DNA from: a virus
Lineage: Duplodnaviria; Caudoviricetes
Direction: 5' to 3' (one strand)
DNA length: 51,059 nt
Virus record (IMG/VR): IMGVR_UViG_3300045738_001902
Span: 1 to 51,059 of that record
Below, piece after piece: positions 7,406 through 16,533 of this stretch. The translations under genes and the position numbers were made by a program. Below the pieces are notes generated by a model. It did no database searches. It was given only the letters and a program-made list of their open reading frames with translations, and had not been told where the DNA came from. Each line of letters starts with the position of its first letter. Position 1 is the first letter of the stretch.

Positions 7406-7642
7406 ATGAGCCAGAACGGTACACTCCCCGCTGCATGCCTGAGCCTGAAAGATTGGCGCACCGCCCGCGACAAGACGCAGGAGGAATGCGCCGGCGCGGT
7501 CGGAACGACGCGCCAGGTCTGGTCCGACTGGGAGCGCGGAAGGCGGATCCCGAACCGCCATTTCATGCCCCTGGTGGTGAACCTGACGGGGGGCAAGGTG
7601 ACCGCCGCATCGTTTTATCCACCGCTATCGCAGGTCGCTTAA
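7406..7642 (+). CDS. Cro-like XRE HTH regulator, 78 aa
   Basis: LKDWRTARDKTQEECAGAVGTTRQVWSDWERGRRIP...TGGKVTAASFY. Confidence 0.85.
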   Translation: MSQNGTLPAACLSLKDWRTARDKTQEECAGAVGTTRQVWSDWERGRRIPNRHFMPLVVNLTGGKVTAASFYPPLSQVA

Positions 7643-7683
7643 AGGCGTTGCGTAGCGGTCCGAACAGCAGCGGCGGAGGGCCG

Positions 7684-8760
7684 ATGGACATCGCCGAGAT
7701 CTGCGATCGTCTCAACCAGCGCGCGCGCGATCTGGCGCCCGATCTGCTGCCCAACGGGCGCCGGGCGGGCAATCGCTGGATGTTCTCGGGGCTCGACGAT
7801 CACGGCCGCAGCGAGAGCGCCTATGTCATCCTGGCGGGCAGCAAGTGCGGCAAGTGGTTCGATTACGGCAATGCCGGCGCGGGCGAGGACAAGGGCGACA
7901 TGCTCGATCTGCTGCGCCACAAGCGCTGCGGCGGCGACCAGGCGGCGGCGATCGCCGAAGCCAAGCGCGAGCTCGGCATCGAGGAGCGCTGGACGCCCGG
8001 TGCCAGGATCGATCCGGAAGAAAAGGCGCGGCGGGCGGAGGCGGCGCGGCTGCGCGCGGCAAAGCGCGAAGAGGACGAAGCGGCGGAGTACGATCGCAAG
8101 GCGCGGGGTGCCAAGCGGCTCTATCTGCAGGGCCGCCCGATCGCGGGGACGCCGGCGGAACGCTATCTGCTCGGCCGGTCGCTGTCGCCCGATCCGGTGG
8201 GCGACTGGCCGGGCAGCCTGCGGTTCTTCGAACTGGTCTATCACGGCGCGCTCGAGACCAAGCTGCCGGCGATGCTGGCGGGGATCTTCACGGGGCAGGG
8301 CCGCCAGATCGGAACGCACCGGATCTTCCTCTCGAGACGCGGCGAAGGCTGGGGCAAGCTGACAAGCGCGCCGGCCAAGATGGTGCTGGGCAATATGTGG
8401 GGCGGGTTCGTGCCGATTCACAAGGGGCGCAGCGGCGCCAGCATGCGCAGCATGGCCGAGGGCGAGGCCGTCTATGTCACCGAAGGGATCGAGGATGCGA
8501 TCGCGGTGCGGATGGTCAAGCCCGAGGCGCGGATCGTGGCCGCGATCAGCCTGGCGAACATCGGCGCGATCGTGCTGCCGCGCGAGGCGGGCAAGCTCGT
8601 GGTAGTCGCCGATCGCGACGACAATGCGCAGGCGCGCGAGCAGCTCGAGCGCTCGATCGCGCAGCAGCAGGCGCGCGGGCTCGAGGTGGCGCTGGTGATG
8701 CCGCCGGCGGGGATCAAGGACATGAACGATTGGCTGCGAACGCAGGGAGAAGCCGCGTGA
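7684..8760 (+). CDS. Toprim-domain DNA primase, 358 aa
   Basis: N-terminal LLPNG...W.D...GDMLDL; Toprim motifs VTEGIEDA and VVADRD; KDMND; RBS GGAGG. Confidence 0.85.
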   Translation: MDIAEICDRLNQRARDLAPDLLPNGRRAGNRWMFSGLDDHGRSESAYVILAGSKCGKWFDYGNAGAGEDKGDMLDLLRHKRCGGDQAAAIAEAKRELGIEERWTPGARIDPEEKARRAEAARLRAAKREEDEAAEYDRKARGAKRLYLQGRPIAGTPAERYLLGRSLSPDPVGDWPGSLRFFELVYHGALETKLPAMLAGIFTGQGRQIGTHRIFLSRRGEGWGKLTSAPAKMVLGNMWGGFVPIHKGRSGASMRSMAEGEAVYVTEGIEDAIAVRMVKPEARIVAAISLANIGAIVLPREAGKLVVVADRDDNAQAREQLERSIAQQQARGLEVALVMPPAGIKDMNDWLRTQGEAA

Positions 8761-9407
8761 CGCGCAAATACGCCTGGACATGGGCAGATTACGATCGCGA
8801 GCTCGCCAAGGACAAGCGGCGCGAAGAGCGCGCGGCCGCTCGCCGGGCCGAGACCGCGCAACCAGATCCCGTCGCGGGATTTCAAACAGCGGCCAGGGCG
8901 CGTCCCGATCCCCTCGGGGACCGCTGCGAAGGCGAGGCACCTGCGGGAGCAAGCGGGGCTGCGACGGATGGGCATGAGAACCCTGCGAATGCCTCGTCAG
9001 CGCGCCCATTTTTAAAACGCCCTACCACTTCGTTGCATGAGGGCGGGCCTGTCAGCCCTACCGCTTCGCTGCATGAGGGCGGTGGGGCCAGGGTCGCGGA
9101 GGTCAAGGCGAAAGCTGCGCCCGCCGCTCCGCCGCGGCCCTTGCCGCCGATCGCGACGGCGCCGGCGGCGCTGTCGCCGCGCGGTCGGATCGTGCTGGCG
9201 GATGCGCCCAGCGCGATGGAGGCCAGCGCCGATCGCTGGCGCGCGGAGGAGGCGGCAAAGCTCGCGCCGCTGGATGGCGGAGCTGAGGTCGACGGCAGCG
9301 TGATCTGCCGTTGCGGATCCCGGCATGGCCGCAAGCCCGGGCCGGTACCCGCCTGGTTCGGCCGCGACTGTATCGAAGTGGATTGCGATTTGAGGCGGTG
9401 CCGGTGA
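8757..9407 (+). CDS. Hypothetical protein with a C-terminal Cys cluster, 216 aa
   Basis: GTGA overlaps at both ends; CRC...CIEVDC. Confidence 0.6.
   Translation: MTRKYAWTWADYDRELAKDKRREERAAARRAETAQPDPVAGFQTAARARPDPLGDRCEGEAPAGASGAATDGHENPANASSARPFLKRPTTSLHEGGPVSPTASLHEGGGARVAEVKAKAAPAAPPRPLPPIATAPAALSPRGRIVLADAPSAMEASADRWRAEEAAKLAPLDGGAEVDGSVICRCGSRHGRKPGPVPAWFGRDCIEVDCDLRRCR
9019..9082 (+). repeat. 28-bp tandem repeat, 2 copies, 36-bp period
   Basis: GCCCTACC(A/G)CTTCG(T/C)TGCATGAGGGCGG at 9019-9046 and 9055-9082. Confidence 0.85.
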
Positions 9408-11404
9408 GCGACAACGTTACCGAGATGCGCGCAGCTCTCGACAATCCGCAGCCGGCACCGCAGCTCGCCGCGGCGGGCGAGGCGCCCGAACGCCGCCGGC
9501 GCGAACGCCCGCCGTTCCCTCCCGGTTGCCCGGTGCGGCCGCTGGGGTTCAAGAGCTCGATCGACGGCAAGCAGACCTGCTATTACCTCGATGCGACCGG
9601 CCAGCTGGTCGGCCTCGAGGCGGGCAACCGCCACGGCAAGAACAGCCTGATCGCGCTGTTCGGCGATAAGTCCGACTGGCTCGAGGAACATTTCCCGCAA
9701 TGGTCGGCGCCGAAATACGAGGGCCGCGGCAAGGATCGCCGGCAGGTGCAGGCAAGCGAGATTATCGGTTTCGACCAGGCCGAGGCGAGCCGGGCGCTGA
9801 TCGAGGAATGCAGCCGGCGCGGGATCTTCACCGCCGCCGGCAAGGTCCGCAATCGCGGCGCGCACCGGCACAATCACACCGGGCTGGCGCTGCATTGCGG
9901 CGACAAGCTGCTGGTCAGCGAGCACAATCTGGATGCGACGATCCGCGGGTGGAACTGGATCGATCCCGATGTCCACGGCGGCTTCGTCTATCCCGGCGAT
10001 GCCAAGATCCCCCGGCCCCACGAGGAGCAAGCCGGGATCGAGCCCGCGCGGCGCCTGGTCAAGCAGCTGATGACCTGGAACTGGCGGCGGCCGCTGCTCG
10101 ACGTGCGGTTGATCCTGGGCGGGATCGGCGCGAGCCCGATCGGCGGGGCGCTCAAATGGCGTTCGAACATCTGGGTGACGGGCGGTTCGGGCACCGGCAA
10201 ATCGACGCTCAACGGGCTCGACGGGCTGCTGCACCAGCTGTTCGGCGACGGCATGTTCCGCACCGGCAATTCCAGCTCGGCCGCGATCCGGCAGACGCTG
10301 CTCAATTCCACCGTGCCGGTGATGATCGACGAATTCGAGGCCAGCGAGGACAATCGCAAGGTCAAGGAAGTGGTGGAGCTGGCGCGGCTCTCCTCGAGCG
10401 GCGAGAAGATGCACCGCGGCGGCAACGATCACAACGCGCATGAATGGACGATCCAGAGCTGCTTCTGGTTCAGCTCGATCAATATCCCGCCGCTCGAGCA
10501 GCAGGACCGCAACCGGCTCGGGATCTGCGAGCTGCTGCCGTTCGAGAGCATTCCTGCGCCGATCGACTGGAAGGCGCTCAACGCGCCGTTGATCGGGCGC
10601 CAGATCACGCGGCGGATGATCGACCGCTGGGACATCCTCCAGGCCACGATCGACAAATACTCGGCCGCGCTTGCCGAGGTTGGCCACGATCAGCGCGGCG
10701 CCAAGCAATTCGGCACGCTGCTGGGATGCGGCGACGTGCTGCTGCACGATCACGATACGCCCGATCGCCTGCCCGACGACGAGGAAATCGGCCACTGGGT
10801 GAACGAATGCCGGCCCGAGCGGCTGCGCGAGGTCAGCGACAACATGCCCGATTGCGAGCGCTGCCTGGGGCATCTGCTGCACAGCCAGGTGCAGGCGCGT
10901 GGCGGCGACGAAAAGGTCTCGCTGGCGCGCTGGGTGGGCGATGCGGTGCAGGTGGCGGTGGAACCGCTGTTCAACGAGACTGCCGATGGCGAACGGATCG
11001 ACGATCGCGCACCCAAGCGGCTGCAGGAGATCGGGCTCAAGATCGTCAACGCGGTGCGCAAGCGCGAGGAGCGATCGGCGACCGGCGAAGTGCTCCAGGC
11101 GGCGCGCTGGGGCTCCTCGATCTACGAAAAGGAGGAGCCGGGCTTCCTGGCGATCGCCAATTCGCATCCGGCGCTAGCGAAGATCTTCGAGGGCAAGCAC
11201 TGGGCGGGAAACTGGCAGCAGTCGCTCGGCCGGACGCCGGGCGCGATCGAGGGGGTCAAGGTCAAGTTCGGCAAGCGTGCCGCCTGGGCGGTGCTGGTGC
11301 CGCTGCATGCGGTGCTCGACGAAGACGAGCTGCCGGGCGCGACTCGCCGCGGGGCGACGGCCGAATGGCTGGCCGAGCAGCTGCGCGGCGAGAGCGAGGG
11401 ATGA
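9404..11404 (+). CDS. Replicative P-loop helicase/ATPase (primase-associated type), 666 aa
   Basis: Walker A GGSGTGKS, Walker B VMIDE; follows the primase. Confidence 0.85.
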   Translation: MSDNVTEMRAALDNPQPAPQLAAAGEAPERRRRERPPFPPGCPVRPLGFKSSIDGKQTCYYLDATGQLVGLEAGNRHGKNSLIALFGDKSDWLEEHFPQWSAPKYEGRGKDRRQVQASEIIGFDQAEASRALIEECSRRGIFTAAGKVRNRGAHRHNHTGLALHCGDKLLVSEHNLDATIRGWNWIDPDVHGGFVYPGDAKIPRPHEEQAGIEPARRLVKQLMTWNWRRPLLDVRLILGGIGASPIGGALKWRSNIWVTGGSGTGKSTLNGLDGLLHQLFGDGMFRTGNSSSAAIRQTLLNSTVPVMIDEFEASEDNRKVKEVVELARLSSSGEKMHRGGNDHNAHEWTIQSCFWFSSINIPPLEQQDRNRLGICELLPFESIPAPIDWKALNAPLIGRQITRRMIDRWDILQATIDKYSAALAEVGHDQRGAKQFGTLLGCGDVLLHDHDTPDRLPDDEEIGHWVNECRPERLREVSDNMPDCERCLGHLLHSQVQARGGDEKVSLARWVGDAVQVAVEPLFNETADGERIDDRAPKRLQEIGLKIVNAVRKREERSATGEVLQAARWGSSIYEKEEPGFLAIANSHPALAKIFEGKHWAGNWQQSLGRTPGAIEGVKVKFGKRAAWAVLVPLHAVLDEDELPGATRRGATAEWLAEQLRGESEG

Positions 11405-12045
11405 GCCTGCTGTCGCGCGCGAGTGGCAACACCAAAGCGCGCCGCAAGAACGATTTCTACGCCACCATCGATCGCCGGGCCGTGGAAGCGCTCGCGCGAT
11501 TCCTCCCGCCCGGAACCGTCTATGCCGAGCCGTGCGCCGGCGCCGGCGATCTGGTGGTGCTCCTCGAGGCGATCGGGCTGGTGTGCGAGTGGGGCCTCGA
11601 GCTCGAACCGCAGCAGCCGTCGAGCGGGTCGGCCGATGCGGATCCGCTGCCGCCCTGTCCGCGCAACCGCTGGCCGATCGCCCAGGGCAATGCGCTCTCG
11701 CTGACCAGGGGGGATATCGGAGGGGCGACAGTGTTCGTTTCCAACCCGCCCTGGCATCGACCGCTGCTGCACCCGCTGATCGAGCACCTGGCGGCGCTGG
11801 CGCCGTGCTGGTTCCTGTTCGATGCGGGCTGGAAGCATACGCAGGCGGCGGGCGAACTCGGCCCGATCTGCACCGATGTGGTCAGCGTCGGCCGACTCAG
11901 ATGGTTCGAGGACGGCGATCACGATTCGACCAACGACTGCGCCTGGTACCGCTTCGATGCGACGGGCGGCGCGGATCCCGGCCAAGGGACGCGGTTCCAC
12001 TGGCGGCCGAATGCGCGGGCGGCGCAGCTGCGACTGGGCTGGTAG
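11401..12045 (+). CDS. Orphan amino-(probably N6-adenine) DNA methyltransferase, 214 aa
   Basis: DFYAT, SAM-binding EPCAGAG, catalytic SNPPW; ATGA overlap. Confidence 0.8.
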   Translation: MSLLSRASGNTKARRKNDFYATIDRRAVEALARFLPPGTVYAEPCAGAGDLVVLLEAIGLVCEWGLELEPQQPSSGSADADPLPPCPRNRWPIAQGNALSLTRGDIGGATVFVSNPPWHRPLLHPLIEHLAALAPCWFLFDAGWKHTQAAGELGPICTDVVSVGRLRWFEDGDHDSTNDCAWYRFDATGGADPGQGTRFHWRPNARAAQLRLGW

Positions 12046-12089
12046 GGGCATCTTGCGGCACCGCTCCTGATCGGCGATGGTGCTCGGCA

Positions 12090-12368
12090 ATGCTTGGAGA
12101 CGTCCTCTTCGCGGCGTGGCTTTGCCTCATGCTTTCGCTCTGCTCGGCAATGCTGGGTGAGCAGCCGGCGGCGCTGCGGCTCGGCTTCGGCCTGGGGATC
12201 GCCTTTCTGCTGATCCTTGAGGGCAGCTATGCGGCCATCTTCGAGCCGACTGACGGGCCGGTGACGCCGAACCGTATCGCGGCCGTTCTCTACTACGGCG
12301 GGTCGGTCGCGTTCGGCCACCGCCTCTGGATATGGCTCTCGCAGCGCGCCAGGCGGCCGAAGCGCTAG
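12090..12368 (+). CDS. Small membrane protein (2-3 TM), 92 aa
   Basis: Hydrophobic segments throughout; weak RBS. Confidence 0.5.
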   Translation: MLGDVLFAAWLCLMLSLCSAMLGEQPAALRLGFGLGIAFLLILEGSYAAIFEPTDGPVTPNRIAAVLYYGGSVAFGHRLWIWLSQRARRPKR

Positions 12369-12727
12369 ATCATCACCGGCGATCGCGCGTGGTCGAACAG
12401 GGCGAGCCCGTCGACCGGTGCGGTGCGACGATCGAGCGGCCGCATGGGTGAGGCTGCGCGAACGGCGATCAGCTGGCGCTCGGTCTCGCAGCTGCGGATG
12501 CCGGCAAGCTCGCCCTCGACCGCGCGCATGGCTCGCTGGGGATTGCGGGCGTTGCAGGGCACACCGAGATACTCGCGGCCTTCGCGCGGCAGGATGTAGC
12601 CCTGCCAGCGGGTGCCGAGGTGCTCGCAGAACACTTCGGCGATGATGTGGCCGGCCGCATCGCGCAAGCGATAGCCGGTGGCGCCGGCGGCTTCCCAGCG
12701 GCGGGCGATATCGCGGGCGCGGGTCAC
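12365..12727 (-). CDS. Phage hypothetical protein, 120 aa
   Basis: GTGA overlap with the upstream Zn-ribbon gene. Confidence 0.55.
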   Translation of the reverse strand: MTRARDIARRWEAAGATGYRLRDAAGHIIAEVFCEHLGTRWQGYILPREGREYLGVPCNARNPQRAMRAVEGELAGIRSCETERQLIAVRAASPMRPLDRRTAPVDGLALFDHARSPVMI

Positions 12728-12906
12728 GAGCGGATCATCGCGGGAAGGGGTTCGTCCACAGGCGCGACGGTGGTTGCGCGCGAGCTGATCGCGGGGACAT
12801 CGTCCCGGCCGCAGCGCCCGCAGCTGCTGGCGCAGGCATCGTGCCACAGATCGCGCCACCGGTGCTGGCAGCCGAGGCACTCGTAATCGAGCATGAGAAG
12901 AGACAT
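12724..12906 (-). CDS. Small Zn-ribbon protein, 60 aa
   Basis: YECLGCQHRW...CGRCG; RBS AAGGA. Confidence 0.65.
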   Translation of the reverse strand: MSLLMLDYECLGCQHRWRDLWHDACASSCGRCGRDDVPAISSRATTVAPVDEPLPAMIRS

Positions 12907-12911
12907 CGCTG

Positions 12912-12990
12912 GGGTCCTTTTCGACCATCGGCGCGGCCTGATGCCGTCGCCATAACTGTGCCTAATACTAGGCACGGATTTGCGCGTCAA
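12912..12990 (-). promoter_or_regulatory. Promoter with palindromic operator and shared leader
   Basis: Minus-strand TTGACG at 12985-12990; palindrome GTGCCTA-ATAC-TAGGCAC at 12958-12975 over the -10 region; leader similar to 2174-2211. Confidence 0.6.
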
Positions 12991-13211
12991 CCCCGGCCCG
13001 CTCACGGGACGCGACATGTCGGGAAACCGCCATGTCAAGATAGAAAACGCGCGTGAGCAGCGGGCGCGAAGCGACCGCGAACAGCGAACGCACTTTATGG
13101 GCGTGACGGGGCGCAGAGCGACCCTGTCGCGCTCGCCACACACACCCCGGCCCGTTGGGGAGCCGGGATATTGGTGGCCAGTTTCTCGGTACCCGATGGG
13201 TCAGGGGTGGT

Positions 13212-13456
13212 GGTTCCGGCTGGAACCGTGTGGAACCGCTGCGAGAACGCCTAAGTCGCTGTGAATGCGCGATAATTCGGCGGGCGCTGGCGGTTCCGGT
13301 CGGCGGGGCCACTTCCATGCATGCACGGCTGTGCGCAGACGCGCGCGCAGACGCGACGGGGTCAAACGCTGGAACCTTGGAACTTCACTTAGTTCTATAG
13401 TCCTTTCAGTTAGTTAGTGGTTCCGTTGGTGGTTCCGGTCGGTTCCGGTTGGAACC
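13212..13456. repeat. Iteron cluster, putative replication origin
   Basis: Nine exact GGAACC/GGTTCC copies in both orientations around an AT-rich tract at ~13385-13418. Confidence 0.65.
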
Positions 13457-13693
13457 GTCTCGCGCTGCGGTGGCCGAATTGCATATTCTGGCAGGCGGAT
13501 ATCGGAGCGATCTGCTCGCGAACCTCGATCCGGGCGTAGTCAGGGCCTCGCTCGGGGGTGTCGCGGCGAAAGTTTCCGGGTTTTTTGGTCGGCAGCGCGA
13601 CCAGGTGCGCGGCGATCGGCCGGCTGGTGAGCTCGAGCGCGGCGGTGGCGACGAATGGCGGAGTTCTGCGGTTTCGAGCGGCGCGGATCGGCG

Positions 13694-13718
13694 ATGTTGG
13701 AAGGGTGATGTTGGAAGG
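13694..13718 (+). repeat. Tandem ATGTTGGAAGG pair, same motif as the att arms
   Basis: Copies at 13694-13704 and 13708-13718 are identical to 370-380. Confidence 0.85.
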
Positions 13719-14149
13719 CATGGGCAAGAGTGGCGGAAATGCGCGGGTTGCGCGCCGAGCGCAGGAGCCTAGCAGGCTTGAGCGCTTCGGCGATCGCGGC
13801 CCCGCGGCCGCCCCGATCGGCCTCGCCCTGGGCGGCCCCCCCATGCCCCCTTTCGCTCCGCTCACCTCGCTCTGGGCCGCGCGCTCGAGCGTGTCGGAAT
13901 TTGGATCCGTGTTCGGCTGCGCCGACCCCGGCGAAGCCTTCCCGGCTCGCAAGGCGCGGTTCGTGCCGGGCGCGGAACCTGACGGTGCGAAAACGGGTCG
14001 GGGTCTGGTCGATACCGCTCCCCACGCCCGACGGGCGGCAACGGGCCGGGGAAAGCCGCTCCGTTCGGGTCGGGGAGCGGGGCCGTTTCGGCTCAATGCT
14101 GGGTGTCCAGCGCTGCGTCGGACGGGTGAAGCTAGCGGAGGCCACGCCG

Positions 14150-14746
14150 GTGTCAACTGATCCACTCGGCCATGGTGGAAAACAGGCGCTTGCCGATGCC
14201 GCGGCGGAGAGCAAGCGGCTGCTCGACGAAGCTGCGCTGGAGGAGCGCGAGGCGCAGGACGATCTACTTGAACCGCTGACGGCAGAGGAAACCGCGACCG
14301 CCCAGGAGGAGCTCGGCGCTCAGGCTGGACCCATGACGGTCGTCCGCCACGCTCGAGAGGCTCGCAAAAAAGGTCGGACGCCGAATTCGCGCAACCGCCG
14401 CACTACCGACACGATCAAATATCTCTCGCAATTCGGCCCCGATCCGTTGGTGGCGTTGATGAAAATCGTCGGCGAGTCCGAAGAGGCGATGGTTGAGCGC
14501 AGTCGCCAAATCGATCCGGTGAAGAAACAGCTCTCGTATGGCGAGGCGAAATCCATCCGGGTCCGGTGTGCCGAGACGCTGGCGCCCTATTTCCACGGCA
14601 AGCAACCCGTGCAGGTCGACGCGACGATCCGGGGCGTGATCGTGCAAGAATTCGTCGGGGAGCCGCGAGCGGCACGGGGGCAGACGATCGATGGCGAGAT
14701 CAAGGGCATTCTCGCGCCGGGCGATGATCGCGAGGGTGCCGAGTGA
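14150..14746 (+). CDS. Putative terminase small subunit, 198 aa
   Basis: GTG after GGAGG; GRTPNSRNRRT and AETLAPYFHGK motifs; directly before the large terminase. Confidence 0.65.
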   Translation: MSTDPLGHGGKQALADAAAESKRLLDEAALEEREAQDDLLEPLTAEETATAQEELGAQAGPMTVVRHAREARKKGRTPNSRNRRTTDTIKYLSQFGPDPLVALMKIVGESEEAMVERSRQIDPVKKQLSYGEAKSIRVRCAETLAPYFHGKQPVQVDATIRGVIVQEFVGEPRAARGQTIDGEIKGILAPGDDREGAE

Positions 14747-16266
14747 CCGAAGATATCGAAGTCCGCACGCTAAACTCGCCGGGTCCGATCTCGGATGCGT
14801 TTCTGCGGAGCCGGGCATTCATCAAGATCATCATCGGCCCGGTGGGATCGGCCAAGACGATGACGGCGCTGCGAGCGCTTCGGCGGGTCGCGACCAAACA
14901 AGGCGGGCGGCGAGATGCGCGCGGCGTGCTGTGGCGCAAGGCCCGGGTGGGGGTGATCCGCGAAACCTATCCGAACATCGAAAAGAACACGCTGCCGAGC
15001 TGGTTCCGGATCCATCCGGAGAGCGACGGAAAGTTCACCTGGAAGGCGCCGTTCACGCACAAGATCCAGTTGATCCTCGAGCAGGACGCCGATGGCCGGG
15101 CGATCGACGTATGCGAGTTCGAAATCGAGTTCCGCGCGATCGGCGATCGCAGCGTGGAAGAGGCCTGCCGCGGCTGGGAAGTCGTTGCGGTGATGATCGA
15201 CGAAGCGGATCTGCAGCCGGTCGATCTGCTGGCGTTTCTCTCCGGCCGCGTCGGGCGTTCTAGCGACCTCGATCCGACGCTGGTGGTCGATCAGCAGATC
15301 ATCCTCTCGCTCAACGCGCCGTATATGGACAATTGGGTCTATGGGCTCGCCATCGAAAAGAACCTGGGCGAGCTGCTCGATCCGGAACTGATCGAGGCGC
15401 TTGGCGGCCGTGAGCTGCTCGAGGTCTTTATCCAGCCCGGCGGGAGGGAGCCCGACGCGGAGAACCTCCATAATCTGCCGCAGGGTTACTATAAAATCCA
15501 GGCGGCGACGAACAAGCACCGTCCCGATTACGTCGCGCGCATGATCGACAACAAGTTCGTGCCGATGCAGCACGGGCAGCCGGTCAATCCCCGCTTCGAT
15601 TACCGCGATCACGTCCGAAAACTCGAATGGGATCCGTCGCGGGTGCTGACGATCGGCGTCGATCAGGGGCTCAATGCGGCTGCGGCGTTCACTCAGCGGA
15701 CGGCCAATCTCGGGCTGCGGACGCTGCGCGAAGTGGTGAATTTCCGCGACGACGGCAAGCTGGCGAAAATTGGCGGTGCGGCCTTTGGGCAGATGCTCAA
15801 GGCGGCGATCAACGAGCATTTCCCCGATCTACGGCCCGAGATGGTGCGGATCGTCTGCGATCCGGCTGCCTGGAGCGCGGGCGACAACGAAGACGAGCAG
15901 ATGGACTGGGTCCGGATCGTGCGGCGCGAGCTGGGCCTGCCGATCTTCAAGGCGAAATCGAACAAGCCTTCGCTGCGAAACGAGGCGCTCTGGGCGGCGC
16001 TGGAAGAGCGCGACGGCTACGCGGTGGATCCCAGCTGCAAGCACCTGATCAAGGGCCACCTGGGCGGATACCGCTACTCCAAGGGCGAGATGTCGCAGGG
16101 TGAGCGCCGCGGCCATCTGGTCATCGCCGACACCGTCTACACCCACATCTGCGACGCCGAGCAATATGCTGCGCTCGAGGGCGAGCACGTCATCTCGGAC
16201 CTGCGCGGCCATCCGCGGCGCAGCGGGCCGGTCACGCTCGACAGCGATTTCGACGTTTTTGCATAG
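14743..16266 (+). CDS. terL: Terminase large subunit, 507 aa
   Basis: Walker A GPVGSAKT, Walker B VMIDE, nuclease motifs IGVDQG and HICDAEQY. Confidence 0.92.
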   Translation: MTEDIEVRTLNSPGPISDAFLRSRAFIKIIIGPVGSAKTMTALRALRRVATKQGGRRDARGVLWRKARVGVIRETYPNIEKNTLPSWFRIHPESDGKFTWKAPFTHKIQLILEQDADGRAIDVCEFEIEFRAIGDRSVEEACRGWEVVAVMIDEADLQPVDLLAFLSGRVGRSSDLDPTLVVDQQIILSLNAPYMDNWVYGLAIEKNLGELLDPELIEALGGRELLEVFIQPGGREPDAENLHNLPQGYYKIQAATNKHRPDYVARMIDNKFVPMQHGQPVNPRFDYRDHVRKLEWDPSRVLTIGVDQGLNAAAAFTQRTANLGLRTLREVVNFRDDGKLAKIGGAAFGQMLKAAINEHFPDLRPEMVRIVCDPAAWSAGDNEDEQMDWVRIVRRELGLPIFKAKSNKPSLRNEALWAALEERDGYAVDPSCKHLIKGHLGGYRYSKGEMSQGERRGHLVIADTVYTHICDAEQYAALEGEHVISDLRGHPRRSGPVTLDSDFDVFA

Positions 16267-16275
16267 GAGGATCGA

Positions 16276-16512
16276 ATGGCGTTTTTGAAGAAGGCGGCGG
16301 GGTTTCTGGCCGGTGGTCTGATCGGGGGCCTGCTCGGACTCCGCAGCAAGAAAAAAGAGGTGATCCAGCCCAAGGCGGTCACCCGCGACGACGCGGCGCG
16401 CGAGGCGGCGCGCGACGAGGAATTGATGAAGCGCCGCGGAGCCTCGGCCGATCGCATCGTATCGGGAGGCGAGCCCGCAGGTGGGATCGGCCGGCTGATC
16501 GTCGGAAGTTAA
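16276..16512 (+). CDS. Small virion-assembly protein, 78 aa
   Basis: RBS AGGAGG; position before the portal gene as in podoviruses. Confidence 0.7.
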   Translation: MAFLKKAAGFLAGGLIGGLLGLRSKKKEVIQPKAVTRDDAAREAARDEELMKRRGASADRIVSGGEPAGGIGRLIVGS

Positions 16513-16533
16513 CGGATCAACAGGAGACAGGTT

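Noticed and set aside
13212-13718. CRISPR array
   Set aside because: Repeats are 6-11 bp, in mixed orientation, without regular spacers; no cas genes
12980-14214. ORFs in the origin/pac region (12980-13264, 13410-14165, 13449-13772, 13558-14160)
   Set aside because: Low-complexity R/P/G/A translations, no motifs or clear RBS, overlapping repeats
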